DNA from: Lepidodermella squamata
Taxonomy: Eukaryota > Animalia > Gastrotricha
Direction of reading: 5' to 3'
Length of the DNA stretch: 64,000 nt
NCBI GenBank assembly: GCA_047495785.1
Contig: JBLDXI010000024.1
Location: 2,418,001 to 2,482,000 of the forward strand
Position 1 is the first letter of the stretch; the number at the start of each line of letters is the position of its first letter. Under the pieces are notes generated by a model. The model was not told the DNA's origin. It did not search any database and was given only the letters and a program-made list of their open reading frames with translations. Below are positions 11,101 through 24,199 of the stretch, in pieces. The position numbers and the translations under genes were made by a program.

Positions 11101-12088
11101 ATGGCATGCTGGTCTGCTGTTTGGGGCTGCTTTTCGCTTGTTTATTTATTTTCAATTTACTTGGTAATAACTTGGAAAATTTGATCTAATTTTCAACCTT
11201 GTTCTACCAATTTTTATCAGCAATATTTCTTACCATTTGCCGCGGCGATAGCAGTTGTTCAATCAAGCGGGACTTATGGTATTTACGAGGTACAGAAATG
11301 TCGCAACTGCACCGGAAGGATAACCTTGGAAGTCGTCAACGTTACAGCTAATTTTCCTTACATGTTGGAAATTTCCGTATAAACGTATAATAAGAAAAAT
11401 TAGAATTTTCAGGGAAATAACGCAAAACCATCAAAATTCGAAGCGGCAAGAAAAATGGAAAACTAACTTGCCAGGGCCAATCCTGATTTCTTTTCTGATA
11501 TTTGCTGCTTTGTCATGCGCCGTTTCCCGAGTGTGGATGAAAGTAATTTTAATCTCAGATCTCAGATATAATCGAAGTAACGAGCAATTGAAAAGTGTTT
11601 AAGTGACGATAATGACTCCGGCGATATTGACGATAGTAAAAGTTCCTATCGCCTAGGCCTAATACTCTGCTTATTGATGGTCCCGCTCTGGATCGTTGCT
11701 GCTACTTTGGTGCTAGCGGCGACGAATGAGCTGCAAGATACTATGAATCTATCAAAAATTATGGCGAATGATGAGCTATGCAGAAGCAAGAACCAGTGCA
11801 AAATCCAACGCGAAGTCGATTTCACCCCTCTGACAGTTACTTTTGTAAGCAATAATACTTTTCAGAATCTAATTTCTTAAAATTTAAAAAATTCTGTGAT
11901 TATAGATTATTGCCTATATCTGTCCTGTACCGTGGCTGGTGGTTGGTCTCCCATTCCTTATGGATTCACTCAGCTCCAATTCCTGGTTTCGAGGATTAAT
12001 TTCGAAATTTCCAGTCTCAATGCGTAGCTACATGCTGGTCAGACGGAATGACCCAGGAACAAACGTTCAAGCCATCTCAACGCAATAA
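11101..12088 (+). CDS. Divergent synaptophysin/physin-like (MARVEL) 4-TM protein, copy A, 5 exons
   Basis: Spliced product MACWSAVWG...KCRNCT...NFPY...LPGPILISF...PLWIVAATLVLAATNELQDTMNLSKIMANDELCRSKNQC...PWLVV. Same intron positions as copies B-D; stop at 12086-12088. Confidence 0.7.
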
Positions 12089-12359
12089 AATGTGCCAACT
12101 GATGAGCAAGCAATAAAAGAAAGGTCAAATCATGACCTAATCAATTGTTTGAAAGTAACGCGTGAAACTTTCTAGAAATTGTCAAATTCTAGGTAAAAAC
12201 GCGGTTTGGATCGAAAATAGAGATAAGCCTAAAAAGAGTGCGCAGTTTATCAAACAATTATCGCCGCAGTTCTTACGAATCACCCCACTAATAATTAATT
12301 ATTCATCCGTTGAGTATAAATAATCAGACCATTTCTTCTCGAATTATAATAGAACAAGC

Positions 12360-13402
12360 ATGACCCGTTCTACGGGCTGTCTAGCTTTTTTCTCAATTTT
12401 GTACTTTGTTATACTTCCCGTTATAGCTTTGGTAAGCGGGCTTTACTTCAAATGAATTTTTGTGAATTTTTCTCATTATAAACAGCTGCTTGCCTTTCCG
12501 CTTGTCAGCATTTTCTCTGCGATTCAACTCGGCAGTTATTGGCTAGACGGTCCCAAAGAACTGTCTGCGACTTATTCGATAGGATGCCGTAATTGCTCGA
12601 CTTTTTCAACTAATGAAATCGTCAAAGTTTCAACGAAATTTCCATATGGGTAAAAATGCGAAAAAATTAAATTTTCCAAATTGATAAAAGAAATTATAGG
12701 ACAATAACTAAATATAACAAAAAATCGAACTCCGAATTTTCGACATCTTTGCCTCAGCCAGTTATGATTGGCTATGTTGTATTCGCCGTCCTGGCTATTT
12801 TTGCGTCCTTTTCGTGGAAAGAGGTAATAAATATTTTATACTCGAAATTCAATTTTGTTTTTCAACTCGGAATTTTAGCTCGCTACCAATACAGATTTTT
12901 ACGAAAATTTTCGAGTGTCTCCGATAACAATTTTCCTCAGTATTACTATGGGTCCACTTTGGTTATGCGCCGGAAGTTTAGTTCTTGTAGCCACAAATGA
13001 ACTTCGAGACGCTATGAACCTGGAAAATTTGATCGAAAAAGACCCGCTCTGCAGAACTAGTATTTGCGAAGTTATGGAGCCAGCTGGATTCGCATATTTC
13101 GAATTCACATACGTAAGTAAAATTTAAAAATTAAGGCGGTCAATAGCGTGATTCTTTTTCAGAGCGTCGCCTTTTGTAACGCGCTTCCGTGGTTAGTGGT
13201 TATGATGTTCGCCGCGCCTCAGCTTTTCAATGGTAGCCGCGACCTGTCTTTAGCTGTAACTGCGTTTCCGAGTTTCATTATAAAGCAATTGGTTATTCGA
13301 AAGCAGGATTTGACGCGCTCTGACGCAAAATTTCTGGATGAATCGGCAGTGTCAGAGAATGCGGAAAAAACTGCTGACAACATTAGTCTAAACTCGTTAT
13401 AA
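12360..13402 (+). CDS. Divergent synaptophysin/physin-like (MARVEL) 4-TM protein, copy B, 5 exons
   Basis: ATG at 12360 after TATAAA at 12315. Exons encode ATYSIGCRNCS...KFPYG, LPQPVMIGYVVF..SWKE, PLWLCAGSLVLVATNELRDAMNLENLIEKDPLCRTSIC and VAFCNALPWLVV. Confidence 0.78.
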
Positions 13403-13842
13403 TTTGTTTAAACTAAAATAAATAATCCTGCTGAAACTTCAGACGTGTTCATTGGCAACATTTATGGAACTACCAATAAATTTGTAAAACGAAAGGTGCC
13501 CAGTGAGAAACGAAAAGCGATGTCCTATCCAGACAAAAGTATGAACCATTTCGAAAGGCTCGTGCTACTTTGAAATCTACATTCTCGTCATCTATCTCAA
13601 AAACTCAATCAAATCCCGATTTCTAGTAGATTTTCACGTACTTTATTTCACAATAGCGCTCATTCATTGAAACCGGTTTTACCACGTGATTAGCGTATTT
13701 ATCACGTGCGACGTTCGAAATTTCAAAAAACGAAATACTTGGCGTGTGCTACTCCGGCTTCTGTTGATGAAAACAACGTCACGCTGCTATTCTCCAATCA
13801 TTTCGTTAATTTTCACATTTAGACCTCTCATTAGATACATTG

Positions 13843-16536
13843 ATGACCGCAACTAACCTGATTTCGCTTGTGTTAGCTTGCTCGCTGCTCTGCCGTATGT
13901 CGGCAGGCAAAGAGCGGTCGTTAAACGTCACATTCATAAATGCTGACACGACAATTAGCGCTATAACAATGACCCTGTTCAAAGACTTTTACGACGGCTT
14001 CACGCCCGGTCAACAACCGGCAAAACCGTGGCCTCTGCCCATACCTTACGCATTTAACAACAAAACCTGGAACACCGGCACAGACGGCGATGCAGATATC
14101 TGTGAGCAATTTTCATCTCGAATTTGAAGAGTTTATGCTCAATTGATATAGCTGAGCGTGATAAAGGCGTTGTGAAACAAGCCATAGCTAAACTTGAATC
14201 AGTTACCTGCCTGCGGTTCGAGGAAAGACCGTCTATCGACCTGAATACATCCAATTCGATTCTTTTCTTTGGATACGGGTGAGTTATTTTATTTCAATTT
14301 TAAAACATTTCTTGGGATTTGGAATTATTAATGATCTAATTTCAGGGACGCCAGTGGATATCATGGGGTTGATTTTCCCCAGAAATTCATCGGATTCAAG
14401 AATACCGACGGCAACTCCGAATCTGCCTTGGAGGTTAATTTCAGACAAAAACTAAATAAAATGAAAATATATGAATTTTTGATCAGGTGCCATTCGTGAT
14501 TAGAAAAATTTGCTACGTCTTAGGACTAACGTATGAGCTCAGGCGGCCGAATCGCGATCAATATCTCACTCCCCAACCTGGCTTCGAGAACAGGTTAGCT
14601 TTCATCTAAGCTAAGGAGAGATTTCCTCAACTTTCTCAAATATAAGCTACCCAATCAATCCTGGGCAAACTTACTACAACGCGACTCCGTTTGATTACGA
14701 GTCACTTTTCAACCCCATTATGATTGGGACAGGTAAACTCAGGGTAAATGAATGGTACCCGCATAGCGACCTGCGATACGTACCAAGCGTGGGACAGACT
14801 AGTTACTTATCACTGTTCGATACTGTTAAGTTGAACACGCTTTACAACTGCTTCAGTGAGTTTAAACTAGTTCTGCTATGAAAATCAATTTCATTTTAAT
14901 CTGATAGGTTCAGATCCGTGCAAGAACCCGACAATTTCATGCCAAAATGGCGGGTATCCGAATCCAAGCGTGAACTGTACAAAATGCGTCTGTCCAATTG
15001 GCCTTGGTGGCGATTTCTGCGAAGCTCCGTATCCGACAGATACTGCGAGTGGCTGCGGCGGCGAAATCTACGTTGAACCCTGCACTACTGTCAACATACG
15101 AAGTTCAGAAGATGTCAGCAGAAATTCTAAGAGCTGTTCATGGCGTGTCAAGACGGTTAAAAATCTATTCCTTCTTGCGATTCCGTTTATATCTCTCTTT
15201 CAGGGGGACAAAAGTGGATTGGTGTTTGCTTTCGCTGACTATCTCCAACTACAACCATTAAGTTGGAATATCGATTTAAGGGGGTACTTGTAGAAATACC
15301 CAATAATTTTCTTTTCAGGAGGGGTCAATTGTGTAAACTTGATCCTAATAAGAGAATTAGGACCCGAGAGCAGCGTTCCCGGATTCATGTAAGCTTTAGG
15401 GAGATAAAATTGTTCTCATTCGCGCATTTCTTCCTGCAATTAGATACTGCTTAAACACTGCAACTCATGGTCGTGTTTACGTGACCAACAAAAGTCAAGT
15501 GTTGGTCTACGCAAGCTTACCTTTCCAGATTACCGTCGATGCTGCTCTTACGGTCTTTGCAACATGCCCTGGTATTAAAGCAACCGAGTTGTCCCGAGAA
15601 TGCCGAATCACACCGAGCGCGAATGACTACGAAGGATCGCTCTTGACCAAGACCTCATCAGGGGCAACCTGCTCCCCGTGGCTTGATAAGAACTACTATT
15701 ATTTTCCAAGGGGAAATATCACTGCCTCTGGAAATGCATGCCGTAATATTGGATTTACTTCTTTGCAATGCTTGAGTAACGGTGTGTATACCAATTGCGA
15801 GAATTCTGACAGAATAAAAAGTTGCAGTAAGTTTTTGAATTATCTACACTTTTCAATGTTCCAGTAATTCTACCTTACTACTGTCGATGATTTATTCATA
15901 CAGCTGAATTGACTTTGCGTTGCATCAACTCGATAACTGACCAGTTCGAAGCATGCAGGCCGTACTGCTTGGAGGGTGAAACTCCCTTCAAAGAATGGAC
16001 AACTCGCTTCACGGACACCGCTTGCAACAAAGGCGTGAGTTACGAACTGAATTTCTTTCAACTCAGTAACGTTTGCTTCGCAGAACGTCAAAAAATGCGT
16101 CAAAGGTTCGACATTCCGCTGCATTGCCGGCGACCAAGGATGCCTTCCCGGTGAAAGCAAAATCGTAAGAAGATGAGAGATTGGCAAATGCTTATACAGG
16201 TTTTGTTGCTTCAACGACTTTAGATGTTCAACTCTTATGCCTATTTCGGCCGAAATTTGCTGGCGTGTAATCATCGAGCTGATCTCAATTGGGTACGTCT
16301 ATAGCTATTGCTCATAAAAGTGCTCTAATAATTCTTAATATCAGAAATACATTCGCTGCTACCGCAACGTGCCAGGAAAGCCGTTTGCCGAATGCAGACG
16401 CGCAGATTTCGGATGTAAACCGAACGAAGTGGGTGACATTTCATCGTAGTTTTTATAAGCTCTACTTTATTCCTATTAGGTTTCGGATGCAACACCACCC
16501 TACACGGATCCGTTCAAATGCTATGAAGGCGTCTAA
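13843..16536 (+). CDS. Astacin-like pseudo-metalloprotease with EGF, CUB, kringle and C-terminal Cys-rich modules (many small exons; 3' end approximate)
   Basis: Signal peptide; astacin landmarks WPLPIPYAF, VTCLRFEER, LG..YE.RRPNRDQYL, PFDYESL and LSLFDTVKLNTLYNC; EGF CQNGGYPNP..C.CP.GLGGDFC; CUB start CGGEI; kringle CRITPSANDYEG..TKTSSGATCSPW..NACRN. Confidence 0.8.
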
Positions 16537-17541
16537 AATGTCATACAGTCGAACTGACGGTGCTACATCTATACAGCTTGAACATCACTAAAATATTCTT
16601 GACCTGTGTCAGAATTCCTAATAAACTGTGAACTTTCTAGGTTATATTACCTTTTCAGTGATTTTCAGCTACGACGATCGTTACACCTGGACTGAAGGGA
16701 TTCAGGCATGCGTGTAAACAGCGGGTGAATTACCGGGGGTCTCAATAGGTACCTTCCCCAATCGCGTTCACAAAAGCTGCACGGGAGTTCACAGGCCATT
16801 CTAACCCGCGTATCCCGTGATGATGAGACCAGTCTCGCGACTCCCGGCTGAGTCGGCGACCCATAGTTTGAGAAACCTTGTTTTACCTGTTCTAAATTGT
16901 ACAGGGATTACGGAAATTAAAATCGAACACCGACGCCAAATCATAGCAAATGTTACCGAGGTGCGAGATCTCTGCAAGCTCATAATACGTTTAGGATTAT
17001 TGACCATTTTTTCTGAAATTTTTTTCATTCGACCACGCATTTCGAAAACATTGACTGCTATTATTTATAGGTAATAAAACGATGCCTAATCAATATCAAA
17101 ATTTCGAGGGTGATCATCTTTCTTGAAGACAAAAGAAAAATTACGTAGATATACCCTTTTCATTCGGAGAAAATATTTGCCGGATAAGGAAGCTTATTTC
17201 CTCCATAAATCAGGCGAGATGAATAATGTCGAAAACGCGATCATCCACCCCGGGAAAAAATAGCGGTCAATTCTTGCCCGCATTTTTTGTCGTTTTGAGG
17301 TTATGAGTGATATATGCGGGCATCTTCTAGAAATATCTCTCTAGTCATGACGTTATCTCTCTGCCCACACGCCTGGACAGCGTAGTTGTGAATCAATATA
17401 GCAGCAAGTTATCAGATAACTTATTGTTACTATTTGCTATAGTCTTGAGTGATTCAGTACTCGTACAATCCCTTCATCATATCCAGGATTTATAAAGGCC
17501 ATTTACTAGTCTGAAAAGCCGTTCTATTTTCACTGCATCCA

Positions 17542-18856
17542 ATGGCCAGTTCCACGCCTTGCCCAGTTAGCTGTTGTGCGTTTTTTTCTATTGCGTTCCT
17601 GGTTCTTGTGCCAATTTTTGGTTTGGTAAGTCATAAGTTAAGCTCGGTGAATTTATTAGATTGTTTCATCCCTATCATACATAGCTTTTTGCCACGCCGA
17701 TTGTCAGTATTTTAACCGTGATACAACTCGACGCCAAGTCGACGCCGAACGGTCTTGCCGAATTGTCGGCGACTTATTCAATAAAATGTGCCGATTGCTC
17801 TCTCGATCGAACGAATGAAACTGTCAAAATGTCATCAATATTCCCATACGGGTCAGTCGGAGAGATAATGTCAATAATTTATTTTATCAATTTCCCAACA
17901 AATTTAGGTCAATTATGAAGAGTTACCAATACTCGAATTTCAATGTTGAGCTGCATACATCTCTACCTGAGCCTGTCATGATTTTCTATGTCGTTTTTGC
18001 TGCTCTGGCGACTCTCGCTTCGTTTTCTTGGAAGGGGGTAATAAAAAATTAATCTTGAATAATATTTTTTTTTAATTGAATTCAAATTCAATTGTTACGG
18101 CGACAAAATAGCAACTTCGCAGAAAAGCGAATGCGACAAAACAGCGAAAACTTATACTGTGTAAAAGATGCATCGAGTCTCAGCTGTTATGTCGCGTTTG
18201 CTGTTTTCGGTATTTGCTGTTATGATCTGCCATTCAATTTAATTTAATTTTTAAATTTTTATTTTTTAAATTTTTAAATTTAAATTTTTTAAATTTTTTA
18301 ATAATTAATCTAAATTCCAATTTTTGTAGCTAATTTCCGATAAAAGCACTTCTGAAGATTATCGAGTATCGCCGTTCACAACGTTTCTCACCATTGTAAT
18401 GTGCCCACATTGGGTCTGCGCTGCAGTTTTGGTTCTCGAGGCGTCTAATGAACTTCGAAATGCAATGGACATTGAAACGATCATATCGCAAGATCCTCTT
18501 TGCGAGACTAACATATGCGAGATCGTTACACCCCCCAGTTTCATATTCCTTGAATTTACTTACGTAAGTCGATATTAAATCTAGCAAAATCGAATCGATT
18601 ATTTTTCAATATTTAGGTGCTCGCGTTTTTGAACGCTCTTCCATGGCTGGTGATTGTCGTGTTTGCCGTGGCTGAGATGATGTTCAAGCGTAATGGCTAT
18701 TCGCGTGCTATAACCGCATTTCCTAGAGCTATTCGAAAACAAATGGCTGTTCACAAGCAGGCCTTGATCCGATGCGACGCCGAGTTTCGGGAAAAATATT
18801 CACTGCCGGCAATTCCGAATAGCGCTGCTGATTCAAGTCAAAACTCGGCACTTTGA
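17542..18856 (+). CDS. Divergent synaptophysin/physin-like (MARVEL) 4-TM protein, copy C, 5 exons
   Basis: ATG at 17542 after TATAAAG at 17491. Exons encode ATYSIKCADCS..IFPYG, LPEPVMIFYVVF..SWKG, PHWVCAAVLVLEASNELRNAMDIETIISQDPLCETNIC and LAFLNALPWLVI. Confidence 0.78.
18098..18231. mobile_element. Small degenerate inverted-repeat element (MITE-like) in intron 3 of physin-like copy C
   Basis: Left arm GCGACAAAATAGCAA..GCGAATGCGACAAAACAGC pairs imperfectly with right arm GCTGTTATGTCGCGTTTGCTGTTTTCGGTATTTGCTGTTATG. It accounts for much of this intron's extra length relative to the paralogs. Confidence 0.5.
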
Positions 18857-19539
18857 ACTATTTATTTTATAACAATAATATTATTTAAATGAGAAAATAA
18901 ATTCGTATATATATATATTTATTTTTTCCTGAGTTCGCCAACATATTTTCAATCTTAAATACAAGCCTTACACATAATATGTCAATCGCCATAATTACTT
19001 ACTTAAATTATTAATAAATAAATAATTATATAAATTGCTGAAATCGCTTCTAGGGTGTGCCAAAAGCACTGAATTCGAAATTTTAAATCTCTAGTATTTT
19101 CTAAAACATGGCTTTTCGAGTTGTGAGCGTTGTCGTTGTTCGCACTTCACGAGGGAAATCGATTCCAAGTTTCGATTTTACAAATCAGTGATTTTTCTGG
19201 TTGTATCAGCGTTCTAGAAAGCCAATAATATAATTGCTTCAACCTAGAGAATGGGGCGGGATAGCTAATATACAAATGTCAGGGTCATGGTAGGGTAAAT
19301 ATGGAGACAACTGAAAACAGAAATCGTGAGAAATAAACAAAAAAGTGTAGCTTCAGGAGATATTATTTCGATCGAATTCTAAATCGAACCACCTTAAAAA
19401 ATTAATTTTGCAAAGAAATTTGATCGGAAAGTGTAATTAATCCCCGAGATGATTAGGTTACTTCGAATAATGTCAATTTTCAATGAAATCGAGCAGTCTT
19501 GGGGTCAAAACGCAATGAGAGTCTGAAGAGTCCTGAGAC

Positions 19540-19690
19540 ACTTATCGGCTACGTCATCGTCCTAATTAAGATAATTCGAACTGTAGTGAAGATAAAATGA
19601 AGATAAAAGGTAGCGAAATTGTGTCAAAAGATATCTTATCACCAGTTATCATTTATCACCCGAATAAATCATAGCAACGGTATAAATGCA
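19540..19690 (+). promoter_or_regulatory. Dense GATA-site cluster plus TATA box upstream of physin-like copy D
   Basis: CTTATC, AGATAA x3, AGATATCTTATC, GTTATCA and TTTATCA within ~120 bp, then TATAAA at 19681, about 100 bp before the ATG. Confidence 0.55.
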
Positions 19691-19784
19691 GACGAACTCA
19701 GCAGCCGATACCAAATACGCAAAAAACAGATTCAACAGTTATTTCCTATAGAAAAAACCGAGCTACAATCCTATACTAATTCTA

Positions 19785-20811
19785 ATGGCCAACTCTTCGT
19801 CTTGCTCAGCCAGTTGTGTGGCTTTCTTCGTGGTTTGCATCCTTGTTGTAGTCCCACTATTCGCATTGGTGAGTTAATTCCGGTAAAATTTAATTTTTTT
19901 TGTCATTTTTTTTTCAACCATCAGCTTTTTGTCGGGCCATTTTTCACGATTTTAACGGCCATCCAACTCGATACAGATTTTTCGCAAGGCCTCGATAAAA
20001 TGTACGGAACTTATTCGATGAAATGCGCCAACTGCCCAAGCAACCGAACGCTTGAAACTGTCAAAATTTCAACCGTCTACCCGTATGGGTTAGTTGAAAA
20101 AATCTTCCTTAATAATTTCGTAATAATTTTTTGTAATAAATTTCAGAACGATCGAACAAGATTATAAAGTTTCGAAATTCCATGCTGATATCTCAACGTC
20201 GTTACCTGAACCTGTTATGATCAGCTACGTTGTTTTTGCTGGGCTTGGCATGGTCGCTTCGGTTTGTTGGAAAGAGGTACATACTGAAATACTTAGAAAA
20301 ATATTAAAAAAAATCGATTTTTCTTCAATAATTCAAGCTCATCACGAGCAGCTCTGAAAATTCTGGTAGCTCGGCGATGACAATGGTCCTTAGCATTATT
20401 ATGGCGCCATTATGGGCAGCTGCTGGGACCCTTGTTATGAAAGCTACAAATGAACTTCAAGAATCTATGAACCTCGACTCGCTAATGGCGAAAGATCCCC
20501 TGTGCCAGGTTAATGTCTGCAAAATCGAAACTCCAGTCGATTTCACTATGCTGGAAATCACTTATGTAAGTACAAAAAAATCGTAAAAATTATTGAAAAA
20601 TAATAATATTTTTTTGCAGTGGGTTGCGTTCTTCAGCGCCTTACCGTGGCTAATGGTCGCCATGTTCGCTTTGCCTGAACTTTGCAAAACTGAGCGAAAT
20701 CTGTCAGTGGCTGTTACGGCTTTCCCGAAATACGTCAAAAGGCACTTGGTAATCCGCAAGGCAGACGATACGACGCAGCTCGTCGTTGTTGAAAAAATCG
20801 AAAAATGTTAA
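19785..20811 (+). CDS. Divergent synaptophysin/physin-like (MARVEL) 4-TM protein, copy D, 5 exons
   Basis: Spliced product MANSSSCSASCVAFFVV...YGTYSMKCANCPSNRTLETVKISTVYPYG...LPEPVMISYVVF...APLWAAAGTLVMKATNELQESMNLDSLMAKDPLCQVNVC...WVAFFSALPWLMVAMF. Confidence 0.8.
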
Positions 20812-21004
20812 TAATTGCTTTATAATACCTAAGATTTTTTCATTTCGCAGCAACTTCGATTTTCATTTCCCGTATTTTGAAATAAAACTATAATATTACA
20901 ACAGTCAATACGTTTTTTGACATATTTGAAATGCGTCTTGTGAAAACTTGGGTCATTATTTTTATTTTGAAATACCGTTTTACCACCCCATCTGGTTGGA
21001 CTAG

Positions 21005-21196
21005 AAGTCGATTTGACCTCGTTCCGGACAAGGCAATTTTACCCAAATACCGTACGTATATCAATTTGAGATTTTTCGGTACTATCGGGTAGCCCACGAA
21101 ATTCAAGGTATACCTAACTTGGCTTTCAGAAATCTTAAATATAAAATGACGGAACTTGGGAAATTTGGTGTGTCCGAAACAAGGTCAAATCGACTT
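21005..21196. mobile_element. Small MITE-like element
   Basis: 26-bp inverted repeats: AAGTCGATTTGACCTCGTTCCGGACA (21005-21030) and TGTCCGAAACAAGGTCAAATCGACTT (21171-21196), 2 mismatches. Confidence 0.7.
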
Positions 21197-21429
21197 GACT
21201 GTTAGACTAATTCGGCTGGTTCACAGCAGGAGTAGAGTCTAATTACTCGCCACCGCCTAACGGATCGCTACGTGAGAAAAACTCGGGAATTAGAGTCAAA
21301 TTTAAAAAAAGAAGGAACAATCAACGAAAATGTACCAAATTTTGAAAAGAAAAATATTTCCATTTTATTTTATATTTTTTTTAATCGCAATAATTATGAA
21401 TTGAATTAAATTTTACACATCTCGTTAAG

Positions 21430-22961
21430 CTATTTCTCGGCTCTCTCGTCGTAGCCTAACTCTTTCAACTTGGCCGCCTTCAGGTAACTGAACCAGTCCG
21501 TCTTCCACGAAAAGCCAGAGTACTGAATGACGTAGGCGTTGGGGAACGTCGCCTTGCACGCCGTTGCGTTGAACGTCGCTTTGTGAGGATCGCAAATTTT
21601 GCCAATCGGCTTCTTACTTTCGTACGAATGGTACGGAAATATCAGGCCGGGATCTAATATTCGAATGTCCCGAACGTTTGTAGGCCCTTTCGTCACAGAG
21701 TTATTGCCAATTGTTGCATCAGTGAGTTTGGATCTCCACAGCCGCCAGTAGTCGTCTAGAGCTGCCCATAAAACCGCAGGCCCGGTGATATAGTCAGGAC
21801 TGGAAAGGAAAAACATTCTCTCAGAATTCAATTTTTGGAGAATTTGATGGTTGTCAGTCAGATAGCCTTATGCTACCAAATGGACTTAGGATTTTTCGCG
21901 CGCGCTAAAATTTGAAGAGATTGATTTTTTTGCATGGAGAAATTAAAATAAAATAGCTTTACTTTTATAGCATGAAAAGCCATCAACTTCTGCGCAATTT
22001 TCTGGAAAAAGCCTTGAAAAATCGGCAAAAACTGAATTTATAGAAAGGTTGCTTCAATTGGAGTTTAATTTGTGATTTTTGATGATTCACAATTTCTAAA
22101 TAAATAAATTTGGTCATTTTAATTAAAACATTCCTAAGAAATTAGCCAGCCTTACCGCGTGGATTTCGGCAAATTTTGACTGATTAATGATATTTTCAGC
22201 ACCGTGAGGAGCCAGATTTGGTGCCCGGGCGCCGATGCTATCCAAGCCGCCTGTACGTTGTCGTTCAGATGGTACCCAGTACTCATGTAACCTGTAAAAT
22301 GGCACGCAATCATTTAACTTTCGTTTTCAAATTTGCTATTATCACCAAAATCATAATTAATTTTTAAATTTAATCTGTCTTAATTTTTTTCTTGTTCTTG
22401 TTCTTGTTAATTCATGTTCGGTGAATTTATCGGAAAGAAACCCAGCTTACTTAAAAGGACGCTATTATTTGAATAATTGCTCAGCAACGAGTCCATGGTT
22501 TTCATCGGCTCCGTGTCCAGGTCCGAGTAGATGCCGCCGTACTGGTGCACGTACAACAACCGGCAGACGTCCGCCCGTTGCACTCCGACCGGGAACGCGT
22601 CGTAGTACGGCAATAGCCACGGGTAGTGGCACTGGACCAGCAGCCGGTTCTCCGCGTCCGTCCACAGGTGGTGCTGCCAGGCGGGGTGCATGGCGAGCCA
22701 CGTCTGGCGGAACCGGGCGTAGTTCTCCGGTAGCGTCTCGTTTTTCCACGACTGGTGGAAGATTCTCGGAATTTTCCACGTCTCGTTTCTTGCTTCGAAC
22801 CTTGGCAGCCTTGCACAGGGCGATGACTCTACAAATTGCCGATAAAATGCTGGAATTTCCATCCAGTTCCCATTTTTATCTTCGAGGCGACCTAAAACGA
22901 TGATCAGGACAAGAAGGCATATGGCTGGCAATGCGATGGTGAATCCATTTCGCGATCGCAT
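21430..22961 (-). CDS. GT32 glycosyltransferase copy 2; exons 22961-22451, 22291-22156, 21799-21430
   Basis: IPRIFHQSWK, QRADVCR, YGGIYSDLD, AWIASAPGHQIW and PDYITGP; intron positions and phases identical to copy 1. Confidence 0.9.
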
Positions 22962-23225
22962 TTACACCTGATTGATCTTGATGGCTGAGTTTAATTCAGT
23001 CAACAAAATAAACGCCCATTAATAATATTGGTTTTGTACTCGTGCTAAAACACGTGAATTAATCGCGTGCTCACGCTGACAAGGCCGATCATATTATTTA
23101 CTTTTTTTTAATTTAAACTTTTCTGACTTTAATGTTTGGGTAAAATGACAATAATTTTGATCTAAAATTCTGATTGTGGTCATAATATGAGAAAGGAAAG
23201 TTCGGGTATATCATATTTTTACCTT

Positions 23226-23632
23226 GGTCAGACTTTTCAGCAGTGACACTTCAGCAAATGAGGGTCAAATTAAAGAAAATTTCAGCGAAATTTTTATTAA
23301 TTTTTAGTAATTAATAAAATTAATAAAAATAATCCTTGAAGACAAGAAGTGAGCAGTGACAGTTTAGCAGCGACATTTTATCAGTGACAAATGAGCAAGT
23401 GACACTTCATCAATTTTTATTTTTATTTATCACGGGCACTTTTTGAACTTAACTTTAATGCAGCGCATAGAATACGGCTTAAATTCAACTGATGAAATGT
23501 CTCCGCTGAAATGTCACAGCGCAATTGTCACTGAGATAAACATGATAAATTTGAAAAAAATCACTGCTAACTTGTCACTGATGAAAAGTCACTGATGATT
23601 TGACCCTCGTTTGCTGAAAAGTCGTACAACCA
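23226..23632. mobile_element. Non-autonomous DNA element with subterminal (C)AGTGAC repeats (foldback/MITE-like)
   Basis: Left arm GACTTTTCAGCA..CAGCAAATGAGGGTCAAAT pairs with right arm ATTTGACCCTCGTTTGCTGAAAAGTC. Multiple CAGTGAC units lie on the left and GTCAC(T) units on the right. Confidence 0.7.
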
Positions 23633-24199
23633 TTTTTACACCGTCAAAATTCAATTTTTTGCTGACCTTCGGAGTTATGCCGTGCTCAATTCATTATGAA
23701 ATTTTCAAACCTCCCGATGTAAGGGAGAGAAAATCTTATACCAGCTATGCCAATTTACACGCAATTATCGAAATTAATATTTTTGCAGGGCGGAATTTCA
23801 AGAGGTGAAGAGCAATGAATTTTTTTTTTGAAAAAATTAATGCGCCTTATCTTTTTATATTTTTCTTGAATTTAGACCCAAAACGGTCAAAAAAACTGAA
23901 AATTTGCATAGCCATTCCGCATGATGCAATTAATTACCTGATAATTTTCAACTTTATTCATGAGCGTTTTCGATCGCCAAAACTCGTATAATCATCAAAA
24001 TGTACATATAATCGCCATTAATTTCATACACCTTTGCATGAAATATCATAATTTTTTGGGTTGGGGCTCATTTGTAATCCTCAAAAAAACATCCGCCTTA
24101 TCACCGCGTTACGGTAGTTTAGTTTTATTCCTCTGTATTTATCGCAGTCTAATATCGATCACATCCAGTCTATCATTCGAATAGAATTTTCCCCAGCCA

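Noticed and set aside
16690-16870. GC-richer block after the astacin-like gene as an ncRNA or SINE
   Set aside because: No recognisable Pol III boxes, no second copy and no convincing fold in this window.
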